Origin: a virus
Taxonomy: Duplodnaviria; Caudoviricetes
IMG/VR virus record: IMGVR_UViG_3300044840_000050
Location: 1-61,628 of that record
DNA length: 61,628 nucleotides
Direction: 5' to 3' (one strand)
A program made the translations under genes and the position numbers. The notes under the pieces are model-generated. The model saw only the letters and a program-made list of their open reading frames with translations, was not told the DNA's origin and ran no database searches. This document shows positions 18,004 through 26,514 of the stretch, one piece after another (position 1 is the stretch's first letter; every line of letters begins with the position of its first letter).

Positions 18004-19355
18004 GCGTCGCGCTCGCGTACGTTCACGACAAGGAGACGGCGCACAGCTTCCAGGTCTCCATCGAAGACCTCGTCTTCTACGACCTCGCGCACGACCAACA
18101 TCTGTACGGGGTGAAGAACCCGCACCGGATGCGCTACGGCGCCGGTGGTCTTGTCGCGGCACGGAACCATGTCGCCCAACAGGTCATGGACGGCGACTAC
18201 GAGTGGTTGCTGTGGATCGATACGGACATGGGGTTCGAGCCCGACTCCCTCGACCGTCTGATGGCGGTCGCGGACCCGAAGACCCGGCCGATTGTCGGCG
18301 GGCTGTGTTTCGCGATGAACGAGACGGGCGTCGACGGGTACGGCGGCTACCACACGGTCCCGCGGGTCACGATCTACGACTGGGTCGAGGAACGCACCCC
18401 CCGCGGGTTCGTGTCACGTGTCTGGTATGAGCCCAACGCCCTCACCGCGTGTGACGCGACGGGCGGCGCGTTCGTACTGATTCACCGGTCGGTGCTCGAG
18501 AAGATCCACGCCGAGTACGGGCCCGCTTGGTATGACCAGGCCAAAGGCGACGAGGGCCTGGTTGCGGAGGACTTGTCGTTCTGTATGCGGGCGAAGGCGC
18601 TCGGATTCCCGATCTTCGTGCATTCCGGGGTGAGGACGACACACATGAAGACGGTGTGGCTGAGCGCGGCCGACTTCTGGGCTGACCCGATGGTCCAACC
18701 CGCGACCGAGCAGTGCGCGGTGCTCGTCCCAGTGATGAAACGACCCGAGAGTGCGGAGCCGTTCATGCGGTCGCTGCGCGCGTCGACTTCCTTGGCGACC
18801 GCGTACGCGATCTACGACGAGGACGACATCGCGACCCGCGACGCCTGGAAGGCGGCCGGCGCGCAACTGTTGCCGTCGTCAGGGCCGTCGTTCGCGACGA
18901 AGATCAACGACGGGTATCGCAACACCGACGAACCGTGGCTGTTCCTCGTCGGAGACGACGTCGCCTTCCATCCGGGCTGGCTGGACCATGCGCAGTTCGC
19001 CGGGAAGATCACCGAGGCGTCCGTGATCGGCACGAACGATCTCGGTAACCCGCGTGTCATGCGCGGCGAGCACGCCACCCACATGCTCATCCGCCGCAAG
19101 TATGTGGATGAGCAGGGCGCGTCGTGGGACGGTCCCGGTGTCGTGTGCCATGTCGGGTACCGCCACTGGTTCGTCGACGACGAGCTCGTGCATGCGGCGA
19201 AGGAACGCAACGTGTGGTCGATGGCGCTCGCGTCGAAGGTCGAGCACCTGCACCCGTTGTTCAAGAAGGGTCAGTCGGACGAGACGTACCGGATCGGTCA
19301 ACTGTACGCGGACAAGGACCGGAAGACGTTCGCGAAGAGGCTCGCGAACCACTGA
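18000..19355 (+). CDS. two-domain glycosyltransferase (GT-A fold x2)
   Basis: ARN...WLLWIDTDM...TGGAFVLIHRSV...EDLSFC; second domain FLVGDDV...HWFVDDEL...VEHLHP. Confidence 0.85.
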   Translation: MSVALAYVHDKETAHSFQVSIEDLVFYDLAHDQHLYGVKNPHRMRYGAGGLVAARNHVAQQVMDGDYEWLLWIDTDMGFEPDSLDRLMAVADPKTRPIVGGLCFAMNETGVDGYGGYHTVPRVTIYDWVEERTPRGFVSRVWYEPNALTACDATGGAFVLIHRSVLEKIHAEYGPAWYDQAKGDEGLVAEDLSFCMRAKALGFPIFVHSGVRTTHMKTVWLSAADFWADPMVQPATEQCAVLVPVMKRPESAEPFMRSLRASTSLATAYAIYDEDDIATRDAWKAAGAQLLPSSGPSFATKINDGYRNTDEPWLFLVGDDVAFHPGWLDHAQFAGKITEASVIGTNDLGNPRVMRGEHATHMLIRRKYVDEQGASWDGPGVVCHVGYRHWFVDDELVHAAKERNVWSMALASKVEHLHPLFKKGQSDETYRIGQLYADKDRKTFAKRLANH

Positions 19356-19359
19356 AGAT

Positions 19360-19414
19360 GTAGCGGTCGGGTGAGCGGATCGATCCTCGCCGGTCTCTGC
19401 TCCCTGGCCGCTAC
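19360..19414 (+). promoter_or_regulatory. long stem-loop (processing/attenuation site)
   Basis: GTAGCGGTCGGG/CCTGGCCGCTAC plus GAGCGGA/TCTGCTC stems with G-U pairs; no U tail. Confidence 0.45.
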
Positions 19415-19439
19415 CTACTCACCAGCGAGGGGAGTGTCG

Positions 19440-19457
19440 GTGCGTGTTCTCGTAACA
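19440..19457 (+). pseudogene. orphan 5' end (MRVLVT) of the epimerase gene
   Basis: GTG CGT GTT CTC GTA ACA after GAGGGGAG RBS; matches MRVLVS at 20033. Confidence 0.7.
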
Positions 19458-19571
19458 ACGTCCCCTGACGCGCAAAAAAGCCTTTGTTTACAGGCTAGAA
19501 TGAGCCTTCAAGTGCCCCCGCACCGCGCTAACGGCCGGGGGCGTGCCCACCACCTAGCAAGAGGTGATGAG

Positions 19572-20036
19572 ATGCCGGATCGTACTGTCCTTCTCGTCCG
19601 CTGCCCATGTGGCACCGAGTTCGGGACGACCGAGGCGAGGAAACGGACGGGTCGCGGGCTCTACTGCTCGCGGCGCTGCATGTACGCCTATCGCGTCCGA
19701 CCTACCGGTTTGCATTACGAGATCAAGGTGCGGAACAGAGCGTGGTATACGAGCGATGATCCGCGCCGCCTCCGAGGCGAGGACCACCCGGCATGGAAGG
19801 GTGATGACGTCGGCTACCGCGAATTGCACCGTTGGGTCCGCAACTATCGAGGCGAGCCCGGCCCGTGTGAGTACTGCGGATCAGATGGCTACACGGAGTG
19901 GGCCAACAAGAGCCACAGCTACCTCCGCGATCTCGATGACTGGCTCGCTCTGTGTCGCAAGTGTCATAGCGGGCATGACAGCGGACCCAACCGTGGTATG
20001 GCGGTCGCTCGGTATGGTGCGAAGGGGCTGCGGTGA
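19572..20036 (+). CDS. HNH-type homing endonuclease
   Basis: YCSRRC, HPAWKGDDVGYRELHRWV, CEYCG...EWAN...LCRKCH; TAGAAT -10 at 19496. Confidence 0.8.
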   Translation: MPDRTVLLVRCPCGTEFGTTEARKRTGRGLYCSRRCMYAYRVRPTGLHYEIKVRNRAWYTSDDPRRLRGEDHPAWKGDDVGYRELHRWVRNYRGEPGPCEYCGSDGYTEWANKSHSYLRDLDDWLALCRKCHSGHDSGPNRGMAVARYGAKGLR

Positions 20037-20839
20037 GAGTCCTAGTTTCAGGTGGCGCGGGCTTTATCGGCTCGGCTGTCGTTCTACGTCTGAAAGAGCA
20101 AGGCCACGAGCCCGTCGTGTTCGACCGGTTCCAAGGCCAAGACATCGTCGACAGTGGTGCCGTAGCGGACGCGGTCAAAGGTTGCGACGCGGTCATTCAC
20201 CTTGCAGGGATGTTGGGGACGCACGAACTGTTCGACATCGCTCACATGGCAGTGAACGTCAACATTCACGGCACCCTGAATGTCCTGCAAGCCTGCGACG
20301 CGTTCGAAGCGTCGTATGTCGGGATCACGATGCCCGTCTCCGGGTGGGCGAACGTCTACACCGCGACGAAGCACTGTGCCCAGGATCTCGCCTCTGCATG
20401 GCACCGGCACAAGGGCCTGAAGGTCTCTCATGTGCGCGCGTACAACGCGTACGGGCCGGGCCAGAAATGCGGTCCCGGACACCCGCAGAAGATCGTCCCG
20501 ACCTTTGCGACCGAAGCGTGGGCGGGACGCCCGATCCCGATCTGGGGTGACGGGGAACAGACCGTCGACCTCATCCACGTCGATGACCTCGCCCGCCACC
20601 TCGTCGACGCGCTCGCCTATGAAGACGACCGGATCATCGAAGGTGGGAGCGGCGAACCGTTTACCGTGAACCACATCGCCGCGCTCGTCCAGATCGTCAC
20701 TGGCGGCGCGAGCAACGACGTCGAGCATCTCCCGATGCGGATGGGAGAAGACGCCGGCACGAACATCGTGTCACCGGTCAAGAATGCTCCGTTCGATATG
20801 GCCCGCTTCCGCGAGACCGTCGAGTCATACCGGCCATGA
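20033..20839 (+). CDS. NAD-dependent epimerase/dehydratase (extended SDR)
   Basis: GGAGFIG, VIHLAG, YTATK, NAYGPGQ, DLIHVDD. Confidence 0.93.
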   Translation: MRVLVSGGAGFIGSAVVLRLKEQGHEPVVFDRFQGQDIVDSGAVADAVKGCDAVIHLAGMLGTHELFDIAHMAVNVNIHGTLNVLQACDAFEASYVGITMPVSGWANVYTATKHCAQDLASAWHRHKGLKVSHVRAYNAYGPGQKCGPGHPQKIVPTFATEAWAGRPIPIWGDGEQTVDLIHVDDLARHLVDALAYEDDRIIEGGSGEPFTVNHIAALVQIVTGGASNDVEHLPMRMGEDAGTNIVSPVKNAPFDMARFRETVESYRP

Positions 20840-21240
20840 CCCGGTCAACTTGCACGTTCGATGGGTGCCGCGAGCTGCTGAAGGCTGGCGGATACTGCAA
20901 CAAGCACTACATCAGACTGCGAAAGCATGGTAATCCATCGGTCCGAAAGACTCGGACTGGCGCACCCGTGGGCTTTGGGCCGGGGGGTCTGAACCGCGAC
21001 GGTTACCGACGCTTTTATAGAGATGGCGTCCCCGTCTTCGAGCACCGGATCGTGATGGAGCAGCATCTCGGACGCTCGCTGTTCTCGTTTGAGAACGTGC
21101 ATCACAAGAACGGCGTGCGCCACGACAACCGCATCGAGAATCTCGAGCTCTGGGTCACACATCAGCCCATTGGCCAACGACCTGAGGATCTGATCGCCTG
21201 GGCGCATGAGATCCTCGCTCTCTATGGGAATCCAGAATAA
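20836..21240 (+). CDS. free-standing HNH endonuclease
   Basis: EHRIVMEQHLGR...VHHKNGVRHDNRIENLELW. Confidence 0.92.
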   Translation: MTRSTCTFDGCRELLKAGGYCNKHYIRLRKHGNPSVRKTRTGAPVGFGPGGLNRDGYRRFYRDGVPVFEHRIVMEQHLGRSLFSFENVHHKNGVRHDNRIENLELWVTHQPIGQRPEDLIAWAHEILALYGNPE

Positions 21241-21779
21241 TGAAGCCTCTACCGGAGCTGTATCTAGACGCGTGTCATACGCCTTCCGATATCTTCGAAC
21301 ACCTTCCCGTCTTCGTTGATTTGTGCCGCGAACTCAAGGCCACCAAGGTCATCGAACTCGGAACGCGCGGCGGCGTTTCAACGATCGCGTGGCTCTACGG
21401 CTTGGACCATCAAGGCCACCTGTGGTCTGTCGATATCAATCCAGGACCGCTGTTGGATTACGAGCACTGGACGTTCCTGCGCGGCCACGATCTGGATCCC
21501 GTTGTTCTCGCAGAACTGCCTGAGAAGGTCGACGCCATCTTTATCGATACATCGCACCATTACGAAGACACCCTGCGCGAGCTCGAGACGTACCTTCCGC
21601 GCGTACGAGAAGGTGGCCGGCTCGTCTTGCACGACACCGAGCTTGAGGTCCCCGAAGATTCCCCGGCAGGTGACCCGCCGTACCCGGTGAAGACGGCAGT
21701 GGAGTACTTCTGTGAGCTGCACGACCTCGAATGGTCGAACGTCACTAACTGCTACGGGCTAGCTCAGATCGTCGCGTGA
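21240..21779 (+). CDS. class I SAM-dependent methyltransferase (Methyltransf_24-like)
   Basis: VIELGTRGGVST, IFIDTSHHYE, GGRLVLHDT. Confidence 0.88.
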   Translation: MKPLPELYLDACHTPSDIFEHLPVFVDLCRELKATKVIELGTRGGVSTIAWLYGLDHQGHLWSVDINPGPLLDYEHWTFLRGHDLDPVVLAELPEKVDAIFIDTSHHYEDTLRELETYLPRVREGGRLVLHDTELEVPEDSPAGDPPYPVKTAVEYFCELHDLEWSNVTNCYGLAQIVA

Positions 21780-22441
21780 GACTCGCGCTGCTCACCGCCG
21801 CGTATGACAACTACGACGAGCTGAAGGAGTTACCTCCTCAGGATGTGGCGTACGAGGCGATCTGCGTCACCGACGACCCCAACCTTCACTCCGAATCGTG
21901 GACGGTCGTCTACGACCCTCAACCGGGGGTGCATCCCAACCGGGCGGCGAAGAAACCGAAGTTCTGCCCGTGGAACTACACGGACGCCACGTTTTCGATC
22001 TGGATCGACGCCTCCTTCCGGGTGATGAGCCCCGCATTCATCGGCGACGCTCTCGACATCGTCGGAACGCAGAACGAGAGCCCACTCGCGCAGTTCCCGC
22101 ACAACATGCGCGACTGCCTCTACGACGAAGCCGAAATATCGATCGGGATGGCGAAATACGCCACAGAACCGCTCGCCGAGCAGGTCGCCCGGTACCGCGA
22201 GTGGGGCCACCCGACACATTGGGGTTTGTGGGCCACCGGGATCATGTTCCGATACCACACTCCCGAAGTCGTCGAGCTCGGCGAACGGTGGATGAAAGAA
22301 GTGGCCGACTGGTCCTTTCAGGATCAGGTGTCACAGCCCGCGATGTTGCGTGAGGTCGGCATCCGACCCCTTGCGCTTCCCGGCTTCTACTGGGCGGGTC
22401 AGAACCCGTGGTTCGGTTACGAGGGTTCCTCGAGACATTGA
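21776..22441 (+). CDS. glycosyltransferase (DUF616/TOD1-like)
   Basis: TAAYDNYD, ICVTD, SIWIDAS, HNMRDCLYDEA, QDQVS. Confidence 0.8.
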   Translation: MRLALLTAAYDNYDELKELPPQDVAYEAICVTDDPNLHSESWTVVYDPQPGVHPNRAAKKPKFCPWNYTDATFSIWIDASFRVMSPAFIGDALDIVGTQNESPLAQFPHNMRDCLYDEAEISIGMAKYATEPLAEQVARYREWGHPTHWGLWATGIMFRYHTPEVVELGERWMKEVADWSFQDQVSQPAMLREVGIRPLALPGFYWAGQNPWFGYEGSSRH

Positions 22442-22456
22442 AAGAGGGTGCATCGG

Positions 22457-23089
22457 ATGTCAGCGCCCGCGTACGCGACGACCGCCCAGTTCCGGGACTT
22501 CATCAAAGACACCTCACTCAACGACGCAGTGCCCATCGCGACGATCCTCCTCTCGGCGTCTCGCGACGTGGAGAAAATCTGCGGGCGGGCCTTCTACCAG
22601 CCCGACACGCCGACCGTGCAGTACTTCTCGCCCGCCCGGAACAGCCCGTGGGTTCTCGATCTCGACGACATGGACCTTGCCACCACGGATGGTCTGGTCG
22701 TCGCGGTGCAATGGTCGAACGGCGGCAACTACGCCGAGACATGGTCGCTCGGCACCGACTACATCGCCGAACCGGTGAACCAGTCGGTCAACGGCATCGT
22801 CGGCTGGCCGTACACGTCGTTGCGGTCCCTCGCGAAGATTTGGCCGCCCCGTTACGCCGACTTCTACCGGGACACCGTGAAGGTCACCGCGACGTGGGGT
22901 TGGCCCGCGGTTCCGGATCCGGTCGTGCAAGCCACGTTGATGCGCGCGTTCGAGCTCTACAAGGGTGGCGAGGCACCGTTCGGTGTGGCGGGCCAGGGTG
23001 ACTTCGGGGCGATCCGCGTGCGTGACAACCCGATGGTGTCGTCGCTGCTGCAGCCGTACAAGAAGCAGACGACGCTCCTGATGGCCTGA
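22457..23089 (+). CDS. head-to-tail adaptor
   Basis: YATTAQF...ASRDVEKICGRAF...VTATWGWPAVPDPVVQATL...LLQPY. Confidence 0.85.
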   Translation: MSAPAYATTAQFRDFIKDTSLNDAVPIATILLSASRDVEKICGRAFYQPDTPTVQYFSPARNSPWVLDLDDMDLATTDGLVVAVQWSNGGNYAETWSLGTDYIAEPVNQSVNGIVGWPYTSLRSLAKIWPPRYADFYRDTVKVTATWGWPAVPDPVVQATLMRAFELYKGGEAPFGVAGQGDFGAIRVRDNPMVSSLLQPYKKQTTLLMA

Positions 23090-23490
23090 TGGACATTCAG
23101 GCGGTCAGTACCGCTTTCGCGACCGTGCTCAGCCCGTTGGACGTCCGTGTCTACGACTACGGACCCGATGCCCCGATCTCGCCCGCGGTGTTCATCTACC
23201 CGCTCGACATCGCACAGTATGAGGCGACGTTCGACGGTGCGGTCACCGCGAACTTCGTACTTCGCTTCCTCGTCGCGTCGGGTGCTGCGAAGGGCGGGCA
23301 GGCGCAACTCAACGGTCTGCTCTCCCCGAAGGGCGCGGGCTCCGCTGTCGCACTCATCTTGAAGGACAACACGCTCGGCGGGGTGGTGTCGGGATCGCAT
23401 GTCGCGCAGATGCGGAACTACGGCGTGCTCACGTTTCCGGACACGACCCGCTACTACTCGGCGGAACTGGTGGTTGAGGTGTACGCCTGA
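23089..23490 (+). CDS. tail terminator/completion protein
   Basis: size, position, C-terminal YSAELVVEV. Confidence 0.65.
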   Translation: MDIQAVSTAFATVLSPLDVRVYDYGPDAPISPAVFIYPLDIAQYEATFDGAVTANFVLRFLVASGAAKGGQAQLNGLLSPKGAGSAVALILKDNTLGGVVSGSHVAQMRNYGVLTFPDTTRYYSAELVVEVYA

Positions 23491-23491
23491 A

Positions 23492-24310
23492 ATGCCCGTC
23501 TCCGTCTTCAGTGTCACGGGCACGTTCCACAACGCCGACAACTCACCCGCGTCGGGCACGGTGACGTTCTACGCGAACAACGACTGGGACATCAACACCG
23601 GCGTCATCGGTGACGACTCCCCATCGGTCGTCACCCTAAACGATGCGGGCTCTCTTCCGCACGTCGACCTGTTGTGCAACATCGGCGGCTACCACGTCGT
23701 CACCAAACTCGGACCTCCGGGCAACACCGTCGAGTTCGACCTTCCCTCCCAGACGCCGTTCTCGGTCATCGACCTTTCCACCATTGACCCTGGCACGTCC
23801 ATCTTTCATTCCGAAGATATCGGTGCTGCCGCCGTCCCGCAGGGCGGGACAGCCGGCCAGGTTCTCACGAAACTGTCGAGCGCAAACTACGACGACGGCT
23901 GGATAGATGCCGGCGCGGTCGGCGTATGGCGTGACGGATCGGGTGTCCCGAGCGACAGCCTCGGCGGTGACGGCGACTACTACCTCAACGACACGACCGG
24001 GGACGTTTACCGCCGCGTGACGGGCGCCTATGGGCTCGTCGCGAACATCCTCGGTCCAGCAGGACCCACCGGGCCGACCGGGCCGACCGGCCCCGCAGGG
24101 CCATCGGGCGCGGCCGGATCGTCGTACGTCCACACCCAAAACATCCCGGCGACGGTATGGACCGTCAACCACAACCTCGGACTGTTCCCGAACGTCACGA
24201 CCGTGGATACCGCACTCAACGAGTTCGAGTCGACGATCGTCTACATCGATTCCAACTCCCTCACCGTCACTATCTCAGTTGCGGTAGCCGGGTTCGCATA
24301 CAACAGATAG
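23492..24310 (+). CDS. fibre/adaptor protein with collagen-like segment
   Basis: GTVTF N-terminal domain, GQVLTK, GDYYLN, (GPxGPx)n, C-terminal WTVNHNLG. Confidence 0.75.
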   Translation: MPVSVFSVTGTFHNADNSPASGTVTFYANNDWDINTGVIGDDSPSVVTLNDAGSLPHVDLLCNIGGYHVVTKLGPPGNTVEFDLPSQTPFSVIDLSTIDPGTSIFHSEDIGAAAVPQGGTAGQVLTKLSSANYDDGWIDAGAVGVWRDGSGVPSDSLGGDGDYYLNDTTGDVYRRVTGAYGLVANILGPAGPTGPTGPTGPAGPSGAAGSSYVHTQNIPATVWTVNHNLGLFPNVTTVDTALNEFESTIVYIDSNSLTVTISVAVAGFAYNR

Positions 24311-24325
24311 CGGAAGGCACCCCCC

Positions 24326-25837
24326 GTGGCGAAGAAGTTCCTCACCCCAATCGACCTCAGCAAACTCGAGCTACAAAACGCTCGTATCCAGCAGCTGTCG
24401 TCGGACCCGAGCAGCCCGGTCGAGGGCGTCATCTATCACAACACGACGAACCACGTGTTCTCGTTCTACAACGGGACGTCGTTCATCTACCTCGGGACAC
24501 TCGACCAGATCACCGCGCCCGCCGCGGATGTGTCGCTCAACAGCCACAAGCTGACGAACGTCACGAACCCGTCCACCGGTACGGACGCCGCGAACCGCCA
24601 GTACGTGCTGGGCTTGACACTGAACGATCTGACCGCCCTCACCGCGGACTACTCGGTCAACAGCCACAAGATCACGTCGCTCGCCACGCCGACAAACCCC
24701 GGCGACGCGGTGACGAAATCCTACGCAGACGGCCTGATCGCCGGCGTCTCATCGTGGAAGACCGCGGTACGAGCAGCGACGACGGCGAACGGCACTCTTG
24801 CGAGCGCGTTCGCGAACGGCTCAGTCATCGACGGCGTGACGCTCGTGACCGGTGACCGGATCCTCCTCAAGAACCAGTCGACCGGCGGGGAGAACGGCAT
24901 CTATGTCGTCGCGGCTTCGGGCGCTCCGAGTCGACCGACTGACGCCGACGCCGGCACGGAACTGACCGGCGCGGCCGTGTGGGTCGACGAGGGCACGACG
25001 AACGCCGATTCCGGCTGGGTTCAGACCGTCGACACGGCCATTACGATCGGGACGACCGCGACGGTATGGGTGCAGTTCTCCGGTCTCGGGCAGATCACGT
25101 CCGGTGCCGGTCTCACAAAGACCGGGAACACGCTCGACGTCGGCGCGGGTACGGGTATCACGGTCGCGGCGGACACGGTCGGTATCGACACGACGGTCAC
25201 GGTCGATAAGACCACGGCGCAGACGTTGACGAACAAAACGTTGACTTCGCCGGCGATCAACACGCCGACGGGGATCGCGAAAGCCGATGTCGGGCTCGGC
25301 AACGTCGATAACACGTCGGATGCGACGAAAAACGCGGCGGCCGTCACCCTGACGAACAAGACGCTCACGACCCCGTTGGGGATCGTCGCGGGCGACATCG
25401 CGTCGGGCACATTCGCCATCGGCCGGATCCCGACCGGCACGACGGGGACTACTGTCCCTCTCGGCGGGGTGATCACCGGGGCAGGCCCGACGGGTGACGC
25501 GTCCCACACCCTCGCGTTGACCTACAACGCGGCCGGGCAGGTCACGGCGGTCACGAACAACGCGATCGCGATCGCCGAATCGCAGGTCACGAACCTCACC
25601 ACCGACCTCGCGGCGAAACCCGGGAAGTTCGCGGTCGACGTCGGTGACGGGTCCTCCACCTCCATTGTCATCACCCACTCTCTCGGCACGAAGGATGTCA
25701 TCGCCGAGGTGTACGACAAGACGACACCGTTCGCGAAGGTCGAGTGCGACGTGCAGCACACGTCGACAACGACATCAACGCTCATCTTCTCGGTAGCACC
25801 AACATCGGCGCAGTACCGCGCGGTTTGTATCGGATGA
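24326..25837 (+). CDS. virion fibre protein
   Basis: KITSLATPT...DAVTKSY repeats, IDGVTL..GDRILLKNQ..ENGIYV, LTNKTL repeats, KADVGLGNVDNTSD. Confidence 0.82.
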   Translation: MAKKFLTPIDLSKLELQNARIQQLSSDPSSPVEGVIYHNTTNHVFSFYNGTSFIYLGTLDQITAPAADVSLNSHKLTNVTNPSTGTDAANRQYVLGLTLNDLTALTADYSVNSHKITSLATPTNPGDAVTKSYADGLIAGVSSWKTAVRAATTANGTLASAFANGSVIDGVTLVTGDRILLKNQSTGGENGIYVVAASGAPSRPTDADAGTELTGAAVWVDEGTTNADSGWVQTVDTAITIGTTATVWVQFSGLGQITSGAGLTKTGNTLDVGAGTGITVAADTVGIDTTVTVDKTTAQTLTNKTLTSPAINTPTGIAKADVGLGNVDNTSDATKNAAAVTLTNKTLTTPLGIVAGDIASGTFAIGRIPTGTTGTTVPLGGVITGAGPTGDASHTLALTYNAAGQVTAVTNNAIAIAESQVTNLTTDLAAKPGKFAVDVGDGSSTSIVITHSLGTKDVIAEVYDKTTPFAKVECDVQHTSTTTSTLIFSVAPTSAQYRAVCIG

Positions 25838-25865
25838 CAATATTGCGCCGTGCTAGGATAAGCGT

Positions 25866-26480
25866 ATGGAGTGCAGTGTTTTTGAGTGCAACCGTACGGC
25901 GAGCCTTCGCGGCTGGTGCAAGATGCACTACACGCGATGGCGACGCACCGGCGATCCCGAAATGGTCAAGCGGCGACTTGTCTGGGGAACGCTCGAGGAG
26001 CGGTTCACGGCTCGAGTCCCCCGAGGCCCCGTTGCCAAATGTTGGGAGTGGCAGGGCGGTCGCAGCCGACAGGGATATGGGCAAATCGCTGTGGATCGCG
26101 GAGGCGAGCGATGGCGATCCGAACCGGCGCATCGTGTTGCATGGGAACTCGCGAACGGTCCGATTGCCGAAGGCATGTGCGTCTGTCATAGGTGCGACAA
26201 CCCGCCCTGCTGCAACCCGGCTCATTTGTTCCTGGGCACGCCCGCGGAGAACAACGCGGACCGGGACGCCAAGGGACGCCATCGGGCGGGGTCCCAGAGG
26301 AACCCTGCTCGAGGCGAGCGAATCGGTAACGCGAAGCTCACCGCCGAGAAGGTACGCGAGATCAGAGTGTTGTACGCAGCTGGTGGCGTCTCTCAAGCGG
26401 CCCTCGGATCTCGCTTTGGCGTCAATCAGAGCAAAATCAGCGATGTGGTCCACAAAAAGACTTGGGCGCACGTCATCTGA
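25866..26480 (+). CDS. free-standing HNH endonuclease with C-terminal HTH
   Basis: CWEWQG, HRVAWE, VCHRCDNPPCCNPAHLFLGT; TAGGAT -10 6 nt before ATG. Confidence 0.93.
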   Translation: MECSVFECNRTASLRGWCKMHYTRWRRTGDPEMVKRRLVWGTLEERFTARVPRGPVAKCWEWQGGRSRQGYGQIAVDRGGERWRSEPAHRVAWELANGPIAEGMCVCHRCDNPPCCNPAHLFLGTPAENNADRDAKGRHRAGSQRNPARGERIGNAKLTAEKVREIRVLYAAGGVSQAALGSRFGVNQSKISDVVHKKTWAHVI

Positions 26481-26483
26481 CTC

Positions 26484-26500
26484 CGGTGTGCCTCGGATGA
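26484..26500 (+). pseudogene. orphan 3' end (VCLG*) of the 24326 fibre gene
   Basis: CG GTG TGC CTC GGA TGA vs GCG GTT TGT ATC GGA TGA at 25820-25837. Confidence 0.6.
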
Positions 26501-26514
26501 TGGTCGGCTAGCGC

